Of a DNA stretch of 64,000 nt, positions 13,766 through 26,378 are shown one piece after another; the stretch's first letter is position 1; each line of letters starts with the position of its first letter. The DNA lies in NCBI RefSeq assembly GCF_036321535.1, contig NC_087437.1:73286001-73350000 (forward strand). The letters are read 5' to 3'. Source of the DNA: Camelus dromedarius (lineage: Eukaryota). The notes beneath the pieces are model-generated. The model saw only the letters and a list, made by a program, of their open reading frames with translations. It was not told where the DNA came from and searched no databases. Both the position numbers and the translations under genes were made by a program.

Positions 13766-15454
13766 TAACCCAATTGAAAAGGAACATTTGAGAATTACCC
13801 AAATTATCCCTCACCCCTTTCTATAAAGAGAGGATTAATAGACAGGAAAGCAATCTCAGAGACTTCTAGTGTGGACTCTTTCACTAGCCTTTTTTAGCAA
13901 AACCGTGCCACTGCACACGTGAGCACAAGGAACCGAGACCACCCTCACTCTGGGTAACATGCATTTCACAAAGTCGTATGCAATCAGAACAATCAGTTCA
14001 AAATTACAGAGCTTTTTGCTCTGCAAATCAGCTCTCTGGCCTTCTAGAGGTAATCTAGAGATTATAACAAATTCAAATACCTCAGTAGCACATGAAACAA
14101 AGACACAAAGACATTGCCTAATGTATAATTTGGGAGAGAATTTAATGATACATCTGTCTGTTTTGACAAAGCACAGTCTTGAAGTATCTATTTAAAATAA
14201 AATCAGCAGATTGGCAGTGATTAAAAATGAAAGGCTATAAAAAGTTTAGGGAAAAAAATGCATTAAAGTCTAATAGCTTTTGGTTTATGTGCCAGCACTA
14301 TAGTAAATATTTCCAGCACCAAATTTCTCTCTGAAATCTCAGCATTAGCTACTGCAAAAAAAAAAAAAAATACCACCATTAAACACACACCAAAAAAAAA
14401 AAATCCATCCTTTTTAAAGATTAAGCAATGAGTCCATCTGGGATCCAGTAAGACTGGGTATGCTTAATGTTTTAAGATATTTTATTGGACATTGCTGAGC
14501 ATTATCTTTCAAACCAGTAAGGTAGGAAAAATATGCTATTATTTTGTATAAATATTGCTTTGAAATCTTTTTGATACTACACATGTTATTTTGCCTGAGC
14601 AATTTATTAAGGAATTCTGAAAGTTTGTGAGTTCAGAATATTTTAAATGATCATTTGGAAATATACTAAATAGTCATATAACATTGATATCTGTTCTCAA
14701 AAGCTATAATAGAGTTTACACCTTAAAGCAACAATGTAATGACAATCAGAGACAGCTATTACCAAGACGAACTTTTAAGTAAAATTAGTTATGCAATCAC
14801 AGGAATTACCAGTGACTGACCCTTGTAAGAACACGAAGAGTAAAAGCTAGTGAGTGTGCAGTAACAGCCTCAGGCTCAGAAGCCCACCCTGAATCACACC
14901 CTAGAGTAGACCTCAGTTCCCTCCTGAGATTAATCTTCCCCTGCCTTCTGGCTCCAATTATAGTTAATGTCTCTTTAGGTCCCCTGCTTCCTTTTCCTTA
15001 GTTTATTGAAATTATTGGAAATTTGCAAGAATCTAGTCCTTACCTCCTAGATCTTTCATCTGGTATAACTTCTCTTCCGCGAGCTTCTTATGCCATGTTG
15101 AAGCCTTACATGCAGTGACTCTCCCAAGAACACGGGGACTTCAAAATAATTCTATAGATTTATAAAACTAGTTAATTGTGTAAATGACTAGAATGATTTA
15201 TGGTATGGCACAGGACTGTGCAAATGTGGGCCTTTAATACCCCTATTATTATAACCACTTCCTTTGGATAAAGTTAGCCAAAGCATCTCCAAGAAGAAAA
15301 TAAAGAGGAAAGAATATTATCAAGGAAATTATGTTTATTTATTTAATAAATATTTATTTAAAATCTACAATTTTATTGTGCCTTGTGCTAAGTACTGAAA
15401 ATACAATGGGGGATAAGATGGACATGATTGTGGCCTTTTCCCTTATGGTCTAAA

Positions 15455-15718
15455 ATCACTGGTAGAGCTCCAGCCATCACAGATGCATTCCAGGTATTAG
15501 GATGTAGGGAGTCTGCAAGTCTCCTCCCTTTAAGGGAAGAGGTGCCCACAGTGTCCCTTAAATCTCACTGACAAAAACTTAGTTACATATTCACAGTGAG
15601 CTATAAAGGAGCTGAGAAAAAATAGATTCTTAGATGTCTGATCTGCCCAGTTTAAAATTACTGTTCTTTCTAAGGAAAGAGAAATGGATCTTCAAAGTTA
15701 ACAGCATATTCTGACACA
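15455..15718 (-). mobile_element. MLT1J/K-like LTR fragment
   Basis: agctccagccatcacagatgcattccagg…atctcactgacaaaaacttagttacat. Confidence 0.55.
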
Positions 15719-16149
15719 GTATTTTTATTTCTTCTATGTAAAAGCATGTAACCTGAATTCAAGCATGGGAAATTCTCCATTTGGTTTGAATATTAATCAA
15801 GTGTGACACTATAAGAAAACAGTTTTGTAATCAATAAAGTGCCACATACATGTAAAATGTTATCACTGAAGAGAAAAATCAACTAGCTATTAATTCAGGA
15901 AATTGTTACTTTTAAAATTCAGAGTCTGAAGGACAGACAATGATCAATCCCATAATATTCTGACTTTCTTCTGTTAAATTAACAGTTATTTCATTTCAGA
16001 TATTTATTTAGTTACTAATTCTTGTAGAGTTGTTTCGATTGTTTTTCTTTTTAAGGTATTTATCATTCTCATATAAAACATCTGTCCTCGGGCTTCTTTC
16101 TAGGACGCACTGCATACTATTCTAATTTATCAAAATGATTCAGAAATAG

Positions 16150-16290
16150 ATTCACTCATTCAACATTCAGTGAATGCCTACTGTGTAGCAGGCACTGTTC
16201 TAGTCCCAAATGATAGAACACACAATAAAAATAAAAAATAAAAAAACCCAAAAATAAACTTTCAGAGAGCTTACATTCTAGTAGGAGAAG
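16150..16290 (-). mobile_element. L2 3' end fragment
   Basis: ttcactcattcaacattcagtgaatgcctactgtgtagcaggcactgttctag…gagcttacattctagt. Confidence 0.75.
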
Positions 16291-16744
16291 AGAGAAAAAA
16301 ACAGCGAAGAAAATCTCTTTTTAGCTTTGCAATTTCCGTGAGTGATGCAAAAAACACAGGAAGAGAACCAGTTAATACCCCTTTACTTCTATAATGACAA
16401 CAAGCATAATTTGACTGTTATATAAAGGTGAGAGAGAGATTGGGAACATTTGCAGGGCTGAATGAATCAGCTGACCAGGAAGCGACTTTTTAGTAAGAAT
16501 AGGAAAACCAACTGAGGAAAAGAAAAAAGAAAAAAACTGGCAAAAATTAATGAAAGAAATAAATCCCCCCTACCTTGAGACATGCCACAAACGGCTAACA
16601 GAAACGGATGACCAACAGCATTTGTCGAGCTTGTCTTACTGAACAGCAGGTAAGGGAACAGCTTGTTTAAATAAAATAAATAAATAAATAAACCCTCTGC
16701 TTCTAACACAACAAAACTGGCTAAAACCGGACAGAACTCATGTG

Positions 16745-17300
16745 GCTGATCAGAGTCTGCGCAGAATAAACCTGCTCGTCCAATGGGCAGCCTTTTGAGC
16801 CGCGGCGGGAATTTCCCCTGTGTGTTTCATACCCGCTTGCCCGGAATTTGCACGTGCGACCCCGGGAGAGCCAGGGAGCCTGCCTGCGCCTGCGCGCCTT
16901 AAAGTCTGTATCCAGCCGCTCTCTCCCTTTTTCTTTGCTGCGGTGGAACCCGAGCCCTTAAATAGCCACCTCACCTTGCCGTGGGGGCACAGATTGGAGC
17001 CTTGCTGTCGGCTTGCGTGGCCGCTCTGCAGCAAAGCCTTTTGTTGCCTCAGAAGCCGTACAGTACTCGTTGGTTTCTACGCGTACAGGGCGGCAAGCCT
17101 TTGCTGGGTTACAACCTCCGCACCAACCGACCGTGATAGCGCAGATAGAACACATCGCTGTTCTGCTAATGTGGGTGTGGCTTGGGACGATGTCAGTTCG
17201 AAACCTCGCGAGTCTCCTGGGTGAAATCTGAAACTGGCTCTGTACACCGCGGAAATCTCCGCACTGCCAGCCGGACTCTTAGAAGTATACGTGTACCATC
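16745..17300. promoter_or_regulatory. Orphan CpG island, promoter/enhancer-like
   Basis: About 39 CpG in ~550 bp by manual count, in a CpG-poor background. Motifs: CCAAT 16780-16784, GCGGGAA (E2F-like) overlapping GGGAATTTCC (kB) 16807-16816, GCACGTGC 16850-16857, TATA-like CTTAAATA 16957-16964, reverse CCAAT ~16993, CTCGCGAG 17205-17212. Confidence 0.65.
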
Positions 17301-18041
17301 CAGATGGTCTCAGTGCCACCTTGCTCTCTCAAGGCTGCATCGTTGAAAATGGCTCTGGCTGTGGGAACAGTAGGCAGAATGTAATTCTAAGGACAGAGGA
17401 GAAGTGAGGAGCCTCCTACAGCCTAGGTCCAGCTCGTTGTCCAACCAGTGGTCACCTCCTCCGACAGATGAGAATGGCTAGAAATGCACTAGCTTCTTTT
17501 GCCCTGTGATACCTTAACAGACGAGGGAGCGCACAGGCCAAGTGAGCAGAGGAACGGTCACCCCAGTGCAGAAGGAGGTGAATTTATCCACTCATTCATC
17601 CTGCTGCTGGGGCTAGAGGCACAAAATAGACTCAGTCCCTGCCCTCATGAAGTGTCCAGTGTAGTATGGACATTAAATAGGAAAAAAAAAAAAAAAGAAA
17701 TGTAAATCCATAAGTCGTATGCAGTACACTGAAGGGTAAGTAAGAACTGTATTGAGAAATTATAACATGTGGTCCTGTGATAAATTAGATGTGAGAGGGG
17801 GCAACCCTCCCCCCACACACCCAGTTAGTTTCTTAGTGAAACTAAGACGAAAAGGATGAATAGATACTAGCTGGGGGAAGAGTAGACTATTTCTGGGAAA
17901 GCATTAAACATTAGAGGTTACTGGTGAGAAAACAGATTTTAAACACTAAAGTCACTCAAAAACTGGTCCACGTGCTGATGACTCATTTGAATTTTGATGT
18001 CTATTGTAAAGCATTTTCCATTAATTAAATTTAAGATCTCC

Positions 18042-18240
18042 CTAGCGCTGGTGGGCTGTGGCTAGGCTGCACTGGCTCACTAGAGCCTACTGCAAGCATC
18101 TCTTTCTGAATCTGCATTTGGTGATGTCAAAATGGTAGCTTGAAATTGGCCACGGTCAGTCTTTACATCATGAAAACTGGCATCCGAGCATTTTTTTTTG
18201 TTTCCTGAGAACTTGTTAAACATTTACCAGAACATCACTG
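18042..18240. mobile_element. MER63-type (hAT-Blackjack) DNA transposon
   Basis: ggtagcttgaaattggccac…ttgttaaacatttaccagaacatcactg. A related copy lies at ~32457-32645. Confidence 0.75.
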
Positions 18241-18717
18241 CTCTTACGTCAACTAACGGATAGCTAGACAAGAAACACCCAGAGAAAGACAATAAAAAGC
18301 AGTAATTTAATTAAGATATCCTAATTAAAAACCTGTTAAAATATTTTGATATTTCTCTAATGGTTTAACATCTTCGTAGAGAAAGGTTATTTTGGGAACA
18401 AAATAGAATAATCACACATTTAGTTTGCTGTATCTGTAGTAAGTTGTTTAATAACAATTGTTCTAGAATTTACCTATGTGTGGTAACATCCCTTCTAAAA
18501 AGTAAGTAATTTTTTGAAAACTACAACACATTTCATTGGTTCATATTACATTTTATCTATTCAACTTTAAATTATTCAAAACCTGTTTTCTGACTACTAA
18601 CAATTGTGCCAAGCTTGGCAAGGGAAATGCTGAAGGAAAACAATCATCCTAAGGCTCAGAGAGTTTTCATTGTAGTTGGAATGAGGCAAAATATTTTAAA
18701 AATTGGAAGGCTACAAA

Positions 18718-18901
18718 TTTTTTTTAACATTTTTTATTGATTTATAATCATTTTACAGTGTTGTCAAATTCCAGTGTAGAGCAGTTTTTCAGTTATACAT
18801 GAACATATATATATTCATTGTCACATTCCTTTCTCTGTGAGCTACCATAAGATCTTGTATATATTTCCCTGTGCTATACAGTATAATCTTGTTTATCTAT
18901 T
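18718..18901 (-). mobile_element. Young 5'-truncated LINE-1 3' end (camelid-like)
   Basis: Poly-T, then ttttttattgatttataatc…ctgtgagctaccataagatcttg…, antisense-similar to 26180-26370. Flanked by the direct repeat ctacaaat (18711-18718 and 18902-18909). Confidence 0.8.
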
Positions 18902-19044
18902 CTACAAATGTTAATGAATGGTAAAATGGAGAGAGCTAAGTACAGACAAAAATAGTGAAAGAGGGAAGACGTCACTGAGAACTTGAATTGATTGGGGCTA
19001 TCAAAAATGCGTGGAATGTCATTTTATTATTATAAGAGTAATCT

Positions 19045-19835
19045 AACATATTGCTGGTTGGAGTGTAAAATGGTCTAGTCAGTCTAGAAAAGAGTATGGA
19101 AGTTACTTACAAAACTAAATATGTACTTAGCTTAAAACTCAGCAATTGCACTCTTGGGCATTTATCCCAGAAGAATGAAAACTTACATTCATCCAAAAAG
19201 CTGTACACATATGTTCATAGCAACTTTATTCATAATAACCCCAAACTGGAAAAAAAAAAAACAAAACTAGTTTGTCTAACCATTTACCCTTCAGTGGAAT
19301 GAATGACTAAAAAAAAGTGTTGTACATCTACACCGTGAAACACAACTTGGAGCGATCTCAAGGGAATTATGCTGAGTTTAAAAACCAGTATCAAAAGGTT
19401 ACATTCTGTATGATTGAATTCTATTTATATAGCACTCTTGAAATGACAAAAGCATAGAGATGGAGGACAGATTAGTGGTTATGAGAGGTTAGGGAGGGCA
19501 GTGGCTGTGGCTGTAAAAGGAGAGAAGGCAGAGCCTTATGATGGAATTGTTTTGTACCTTGACTCTGGTGGTGGTCATATGAGTCTATACTGTGGTAAAA
19601 CTGTGTGAAGTACAAACGCACGCACACAAATGAGTGCATGTAGAACTGGTGAAGTCTGGCTGAGGCCCATGAACTGTATCACGTCAGTTTCTTGTTTGTC
19701 ACATTTTACTATTTTTTTCATGATTTTACCACTAAGGGAAACTAGGTGAAAGATACACAGGGAGCCCTCTGTATTGTTTCTTCCAACTACATGTGAATCT
19801 GTAATTATCTCAAAATAAAATGTTTATTTAAAAAT
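19045..19835 (+). mobile_element. Old L1 (L1MC/MD-type) 3' end
   Basis: attgctggttggagtgtaaaatggt…gggcatttatcccagaagaatgaaaac…atgtgaatctgtaattatctcaaaataaaa. Confidence 0.85.
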
Positions 19836-21279
19836 TATAACATAATAGTAAACAGGAATGAGAAAATGATCTCCATAATGCCACTACACCATTATAAAAA
19901 TAACGGCCATTTCTTTTATTCTCGTGAGTAGTAATTGGATAAACACACAGAATAGGATGGGTTTTTTTAGAATATCTCAAATAATAATGTATGACTCTAA
20001 AAAGACAAACAAAATCAGTCTTATTTATCCTCTGTGCATATGAAGTATGAGGAAAAAACGGCACAAAACTGCACTGTGGACTCAAGTTTCCTTTTTCCAA
20101 TTATTCTACCTTTGATAAATGTATCATCCTGCCTACATCATCCTTGGCTCTTAAGAGGACTGCAATGTCAGACCATTTAGGGCAGGATACTGTATGAACG
20201 GAGTGCTTTTTTTCTTTTCTCTTAATTTTTAAGATACAGAGACAATCAGTAACTTCATAGCAGAGTCAATCCCAGAGTCTTGGCCTGCTATTGTGTTGGA
20301 AAGTAAAACTTCAGGCTTACAGTGGCAGTGAAGTATGTTTTTCATGTGATAAGGCACAGACCCATGCATTAATCTGTCTGTTTAGTTACGCTTAGAATCA
20401 TAGGGCTTGGATCTCCATGTACAATACCCCACCCCCGCAACCCGCCCCACCTCCTTAGCCCCGCCACCACACACACCTACTCAAAACATACACATGTTTT
20501 AACTTCTTATGAATGAATGTAGAAAATTAGGTAGAACACAGTGCTGAATCTAAGCCCTACATTTAACATTTGAATGCTCTCTCCTGAGTAGCCCCAGGTA
20601 ACATCCAAAAGCCACAACTGAATTTTAGATCCAGAGTAAAAGGTTTATGACCATGTTATTCAGACAAACACATGTTGCTGTGAAATACCACTCTGACCAG
20701 GCCATCTGTTTATCTGGGCAAATTCATTTTGTACACGGATCTGAAGGATAAATCAGCCACTTTTTTGGCACAACAGAGGCCTACAGAGAAAGCCAAAATC
20801 TGTAATTCAGTCTCTGCTCATCACTGGTCAAGCAAGAAGCCCTAATCAGAGCAGAGTGGCAAATGACTGTTTTGAAACAGCAGGCTATGGTCTCTACTTC
20901 TAAAGCCTCTCTTTCTAGAAGGTCCTTCAAGTTAGATTAGACAATTATACGTATATCTCTGGTGCTTACATGATCCAACCAGGTAACCAGGTATCATTTT
21001 GGGAATGTGAATTACATTGTTTATCCTTCCAGCTATTTTTCATGTTATTGCTTTCAACCAGACGTGTTTAAGATCTTAGGTCAAAATAAAATAGTGTTAA
21101 CTGATCATTGGTATATTGTTCAATAGACATCTCATGTGGTAAATTTAATAATTATATATTTTTAAAACTAAAAATCTGGAGAGCCAGATAAATTCAGGTA
21201 TTACATCGTTTGCCTGTACTTCTCCGTGGAAGGAATACAAGTCTGAAACCAAACAAGACACATTTTCAGATGTCCACTC

Positions 21280-21880
21280 CCTTTCGTGACCAGCTATCAC
21301 TCGGGCTCGTTACTTCACCTCCCCAAACTTCATCTCTCTAAGTCTGTGTCCTCATTTGTAAAACAGGGGTAAGGAAAACCACCCCTCAGATTTTGTGAGC
21401 GTCAGCCCAATAGCTGGCACACAATAGGTGCCGGATAAATTCTCATTCAAATTTCATACTGAGACTTTCGCGGTAACAGATTTCCTTGGGTTGTTGCGAG
21501 GAGCGGTTGCGAGGAGCGGCCCAGTGAGTGAGTAGGAACTCGATAAACGCTCGTTCTAGTCCTTTACTAAGATTTTGTCTGTAACAGAGTGGAACCACTG
21601 AACACGGGCTCCCGTCAGTTCAGGGCAGTGTGTGTGGTGGGGAAGAGTGCAGACCCTGAAGCCAGACTGCCCCGCTGCCAACACCAGCTGCAGCGCCTTC
21701 CGCTTATAAATCCTTGGACAAGTTACTTCACTGCCCTATGCAGCGCGCCCTCCCCTCTGAAGTGTGGATGGTAATAGGACACTTACCTCATGAGGACTGA
21801 ATGAGTTCATATAAAGCACTCAGAACAATACTTGGCACATGGCACATGCTAGACAAGGGTTAACCATCAATATTATTATT
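21280..21880 (+). mobile_element. Cluster of MIR SINE fragments
   Basis: tcctcatttgtaaaacagggg (~21350) and ccttggacaagttacttcac…taaagcactcagaacaatacttggcacat (~21710-21840). Confidence 0.7.
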
Positions 21881-22863
21881 ACCATGGTTTGTTTGAAAAC
21901 TTATATTTCATGACCTCTATATATTACTTTCAAAGACCCCCCTTTCCCCCATCAGTCATTTAATTAAACTATTTCTTTTCCATTGTTTTACGTTAAAAAG
22001 ACCTGGGTAAATCTGGCCCTCTCCTTCCTGCCTCATCAAGTCTTCCTGGGTGACATTACACTTCAAGTGAGGGATCAACAACCTTTATGAGTCTCTCCCA
22101 GGAGGGGGAGCTGGCTCTAAGTTTCTTTTGAATGTCTGAAAAAAAGGTGACTTTTTTTTTTTTTTCTGGTAAATCTACCCTCAGGGTTGACATTCTCTAG
22201 GGTTCCTTCCTGCATTAAAATTCTGTGAGGAAATCCTTTCCACTCGTGGAGATGATTAGGGAGAAAGAAACAAGTTTATCTAAATCTCCATGGGAAAGAA
22301 CTGAATAATAAAAATGGAACTTAGACATCCGTACTCCCTCCTCTTCTTCAATGAGGAGACCATTGATATATTTCAAGGCCGTTCTATCACAATAGCTTAA
22401 AAAACTTTTTTTGCTCTCCATTTTTATGAAACAGCACATTTAATTATATTAAATTAAAACTTTTGCAACCCAGAATAATAGCAGTGATCTCCTTTGCAGA
22501 CAGAAAGGTAGTGTTGCTGTTCTTCAACAGCAGGACAAGTATTTGGGGTGAATGGATATTGGGGTAATGGATTTGCTCTCTTCCTGAATACTCTTACGTT
22601 CTGCTTCTCTTTGACCAGGGTAAGATGTCACCTCAGTCTGGGAACATGGATTTTCTCCATAATATTGGCACAAAGTGACGCTGCCAGTCTACACCATGAA
22701 GCCCTGAGTTTGGTGGTGACAGTTCTGTGCTTTACTGACCAGCCACAGTTTCCAAGACAGCATAAGCTGGAGAGGGCAGGAGTGGCAACTCATCTCCACC
22801 AGTTTGGTTGTCTTCTAAATGGAAGGGAACCAAGACAGGGAGCTAGCATTAAAAGCACATCCT

Positions 22864-23357
22864 AAAGAAGCTGTGGTATATTTATACAATGGAATACTAC
22901 TCAGACATAAAAAGGAATAAATTAATGCCATTTGCAGCAACATGTATGTACCTGGAGATCGTCATTCTAAGTGAAGTAAGCCAGAAAGAGAAAGAAAAAT
23001 ACCATATGATATCACTCATATGTAGAATCTAAAAAAAGAAAAAAGAAGACACTAATGAACTCATCTACAAAACAGAAACAGACTCGTATACATAGCAAAC
23101 AATCTTATGGTTACCAGGGGAAAGGGATGGAAAGGGATAAATTTGGGAATTTGAGATTTTCAGATGTTAGCCATTATATATAAAAATAGACCATGATTTT
23201 CTTCTGTAAAGCACAGAGAACTATATTCAATAACTTGTAGTAACCTTTAATGAAAAAGAATATGAAAACAAATATATGCATATATATGCATGACTGGGAC
23301 ATTATGCTATACACCAGAAATTGACATTATAACTGACTGTACTTCAATTAAAAAAAA
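22864..23357 (+). mobile_element. Lineage-specific LINE-1 3' end
   Basis: tatacaatggaatactactcag…atgccatttgcagcaacatg…gaaaaagaatatgaaaac…aactgactgtacttcaatt plus A tail. Possible degenerate TSD (aaaagcacatcct / aaaaccaaaatcct). Confidence 0.9.
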
Positions 23358-25555
23358 CCAAAATCCTGGGATTCTTCTCTTTGTTCCCTGAAAAAAATTC
23401 CTACATGCTCATCCTATTTCATATCCTGAGTTACATCACAACATTCATGAGGCATTGGAACCCCCTGGAACTCATGAAAGACAGTCCCCATGTCAAAGAG
23501 ATCTTTCTCGGCGGTGGAGCTGACCTTCTGCAGAAGTGCTTACCCACCCGGTGAGGTTCTAGGGGCCCTGAGAAGCCCCTCACCTTCAAGTTCCTGCCTT
23601 CCTGTCTATTCCCCCTTCAGAACGTTTTACTCAGATTTTTTGCTGAGTAAATACACAGACATAAAATAATCTGTAATTTGAGATAAATTATTCCTGTCTT
23701 TCGTTAACCTTTGGAAAAATGAAACTACCACTGAAAAATAGGAAAGGATAGATCTAATTATTTTCCTGCTTATCAAATTTTTCCTGTTTTCAAAGCTTGG
23801 CAGTGAAGATACTAAGGCTACTTTAGGACTAAGCTTGGAGATGGCTGCAAACTGCTAGCCTGTTAGATCGTAGGTGGCCAAGTAACTCTGCACAAAATTC
23901 TCTTGGAAGCTGGAGCGTCAGGGGAAAGAAAACTCTGCTGCCCACTTAGGCTGGAGTAACCTGACGTGGGCTGGGCGGGAGTCTGAGGAAGGCCCCGCGG
24001 ATTCTATAGCGTGTCCTCAGGACAGTCAGCCAGGAGTGCAGGGACCATAAGAACCAGATGTGCTGGGACAGCTCAATTTCATGCATTTTTTTTCCCCTCA
24101 AAAGCAGCATTTTGCTAAATATAACTAAATATGACCTAATTTTTATATTGAAAGACTTTTCCAAGACAAATTGGGGAAAGTGTCCTTATCCCACATGTTC
24201 TGGTTTGAGGTTAGGAAAATGCAGCTTTATAGTAAGGAATGCATAAGTCAGAGCTGGACCACTTGGTGACGTGGGAAGAGAGGCACGGCTGAGAGCATGC
24301 GGGAGCCGTGGGGGCAGAGCCGTGCACCCCCAGCTAGAACACGGGAGGTAAAGGCGAGGGGTTCACACAGTCAGCCTGCAAGGCCTTCCGACTGGCGCCC
24401 GTCTGCGGGAACCGGGAGGACGGTGGGGCCGGGACGCAGCCTCTTACACCGCAGCTGCTCTGTGGCTCCAAACACCAAACCACACGTGCGCCCAGCCCAG
24501 CAAGGCGTCTGAGGTGTGCCTGACCCCTCACCAGCGGTCCATCCTCTTCCTCCTCACACAGAAGACTTGAGGGCAGTTTCCCTGCGAAGTTACTCAAAGC
24601 TGTTTCGAGGAAAACAAGAACAAATTTTAAATAGAAGACACCCAACATTTTAGGAGTTCAAAATTCTCTTCAATCCTCCTACATACTTGCTGAGTTCCTC
24701 TGCACTCCCTGTGGTGAACGTCTCCACGGTTCAGGCCGGCACTTCTGCATCCGGGGAGCGCCCAGCACAGGGGGGCCTGACCTGCACGCTCGCCTCTGCT
24801 CCGCCGGCAAGATGCGTTGGGGACCCGCCGCTCAGTGAGCTGCTCGCTCTGAGTTCCAGCGTTTTTGCCACGTGAGGTTCATCTCCACAAACACAGATTT
24901 ATACCATTATGGTTGTCATGCTCAACCCCTTAATTGTTCCTCTTGAACATGAGAAAATATGTTACACACATCAGCTGAGACGCTGAAAGGATGTAATTTC
25001 TCCAGCAACGTGACAGGCAATCTCACTGACACCTGCATGTCACTGCTCCACCTGTACGTCCCTCCTCGCAGCGCTGAGGGAGGTCCAGGCAACAGCTCCG
25101 GTAGCGAGAAATGTTCGCATTGAACTCAAGGCGAACTACCTATGTGTTTTCAATGCCGTTTTGGGGCTGTAAAACTAATACATATTTACTAAAATGTAGA
25201 AAATCTGAGAAAACACAAAAACATAAATATAAGATAAAAATCTATTTTAACTGCACAAAGGAGCACTGTTAACGTTTTGGTGTACTTATCCCAGCATTAT
25301 TTATATAATATGCATATGCACAAATACATTTTACATATCTTCCCACTCGTGACATAATTGACATTATAGGATAGAGATTTTGAATCTGTTTTCACTCAAT
25401 TATTATTAATTTGTTCCTATAATGTAAAATATTCTTTGGAAAAATTTCAATGGCTGCATAATGGTCCATAGAATGAATATATCATTATCTATTAACTTTC
25501 CTCTACTAATACGTTGTTGTATTTTTTTCCAAATATTTGCTCTTTTAAAAAATAT

Positions 25556-26378
25556 TCACCTCACACCAGTCAGAATGGCCATCATTCAAAAGTCCACAAA
25601 AGATAAATGCTGGAGAGGGTGCGGAGAAAAAGGAATCCTCCTACACTGTTGGGGCGAATGCAGTTTGGTGCAGCCATTATGGAAAACAGTATGGAGAGTC
25701 CTCAAAAGACTAAAAATAGACTTACCATATGACCCAGAAATCCTGCTCCTGGGCATATATCCAGAAGGAACCCTAGTTCAAAAAGACACCTGCACCCCAA
25801 TGTTCATAGTAGCGCTATTTACAATAGCCAAGACATGGAAACAGTCTAAATGTCCACTGGCAGATGACTGGATAAAAAGTTTTGTGGTGTATTTATACAA
25901 TGGAATACTATTCAGCCATAAAAGATGACAACATAATGCCATTTGCAGCAACATGGATGTCCCTGGAGAATGTCATTCTAAGTGAAGTAAGCCAGAAAGA
26001 GAAAGAAAAATACCATATGATATCACTCATATGTGGAATCTAAAAAAGAAAAAAGAAGAAGACAAATGAACTTAAATAGAAACAGACTCACAGACATAAA
26101 ATACAAACTGGTGGTTGCCAGGGGGTAGGGGGGTGGGAAGGGACAGACTGGGAGTTCGAGATTTGTAGATACTGACAAGTATATACAGAATAGATAGAAA
26201 AGTTTGTACTGTATACCACAGGGAAATATATTCAAGATCTTGTAGTAGCTCATGGTGAAAAAGAATATGAAAACGAATATATGTATATTCATGTATGACT
26301 GAAAAATTGTGCTGTACACCAGAAATTGACACAACATTGTAAACTAACTATAAAATAAATACAATTAAAAAATAATAA
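25556..26378 (+). mobile_element. Young LINE-1 3' end (ORF2 C-terminus + 3' UTR) nested in an older antisense L1ME-like fragment (~25150-26630)
   Basis: Encodes [12 protein letters not shown]…[19 protein letters not shown]…[11 protein letters not shown]-like tttaaaaaatat (25544-25555) and tttaaaaaacat (26379-26390). Confidence 0.9.

Noticed and set aside
16750..17319. Cluster of ORFs (65-134 aa) in the CpG island
   Set aside because: Expected from stop-codon scarcity in GC-rich DNA. Mostly non-ATG starts and no homology I recognise.
22600..22630. Pyrimidine tract + cag followed by ggtaag on the plus strand
   Set aside because: Not an exact AG|GT junction, and I found no plus-strand gene to host it.
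25461..25928. 155-aa ORF with a Cys/His-rich motif
   Set aside because: Chance fusion of antisense old-L1 sequence to the ORF2 C-terminus of a 5'-truncated L1, not a host gene.
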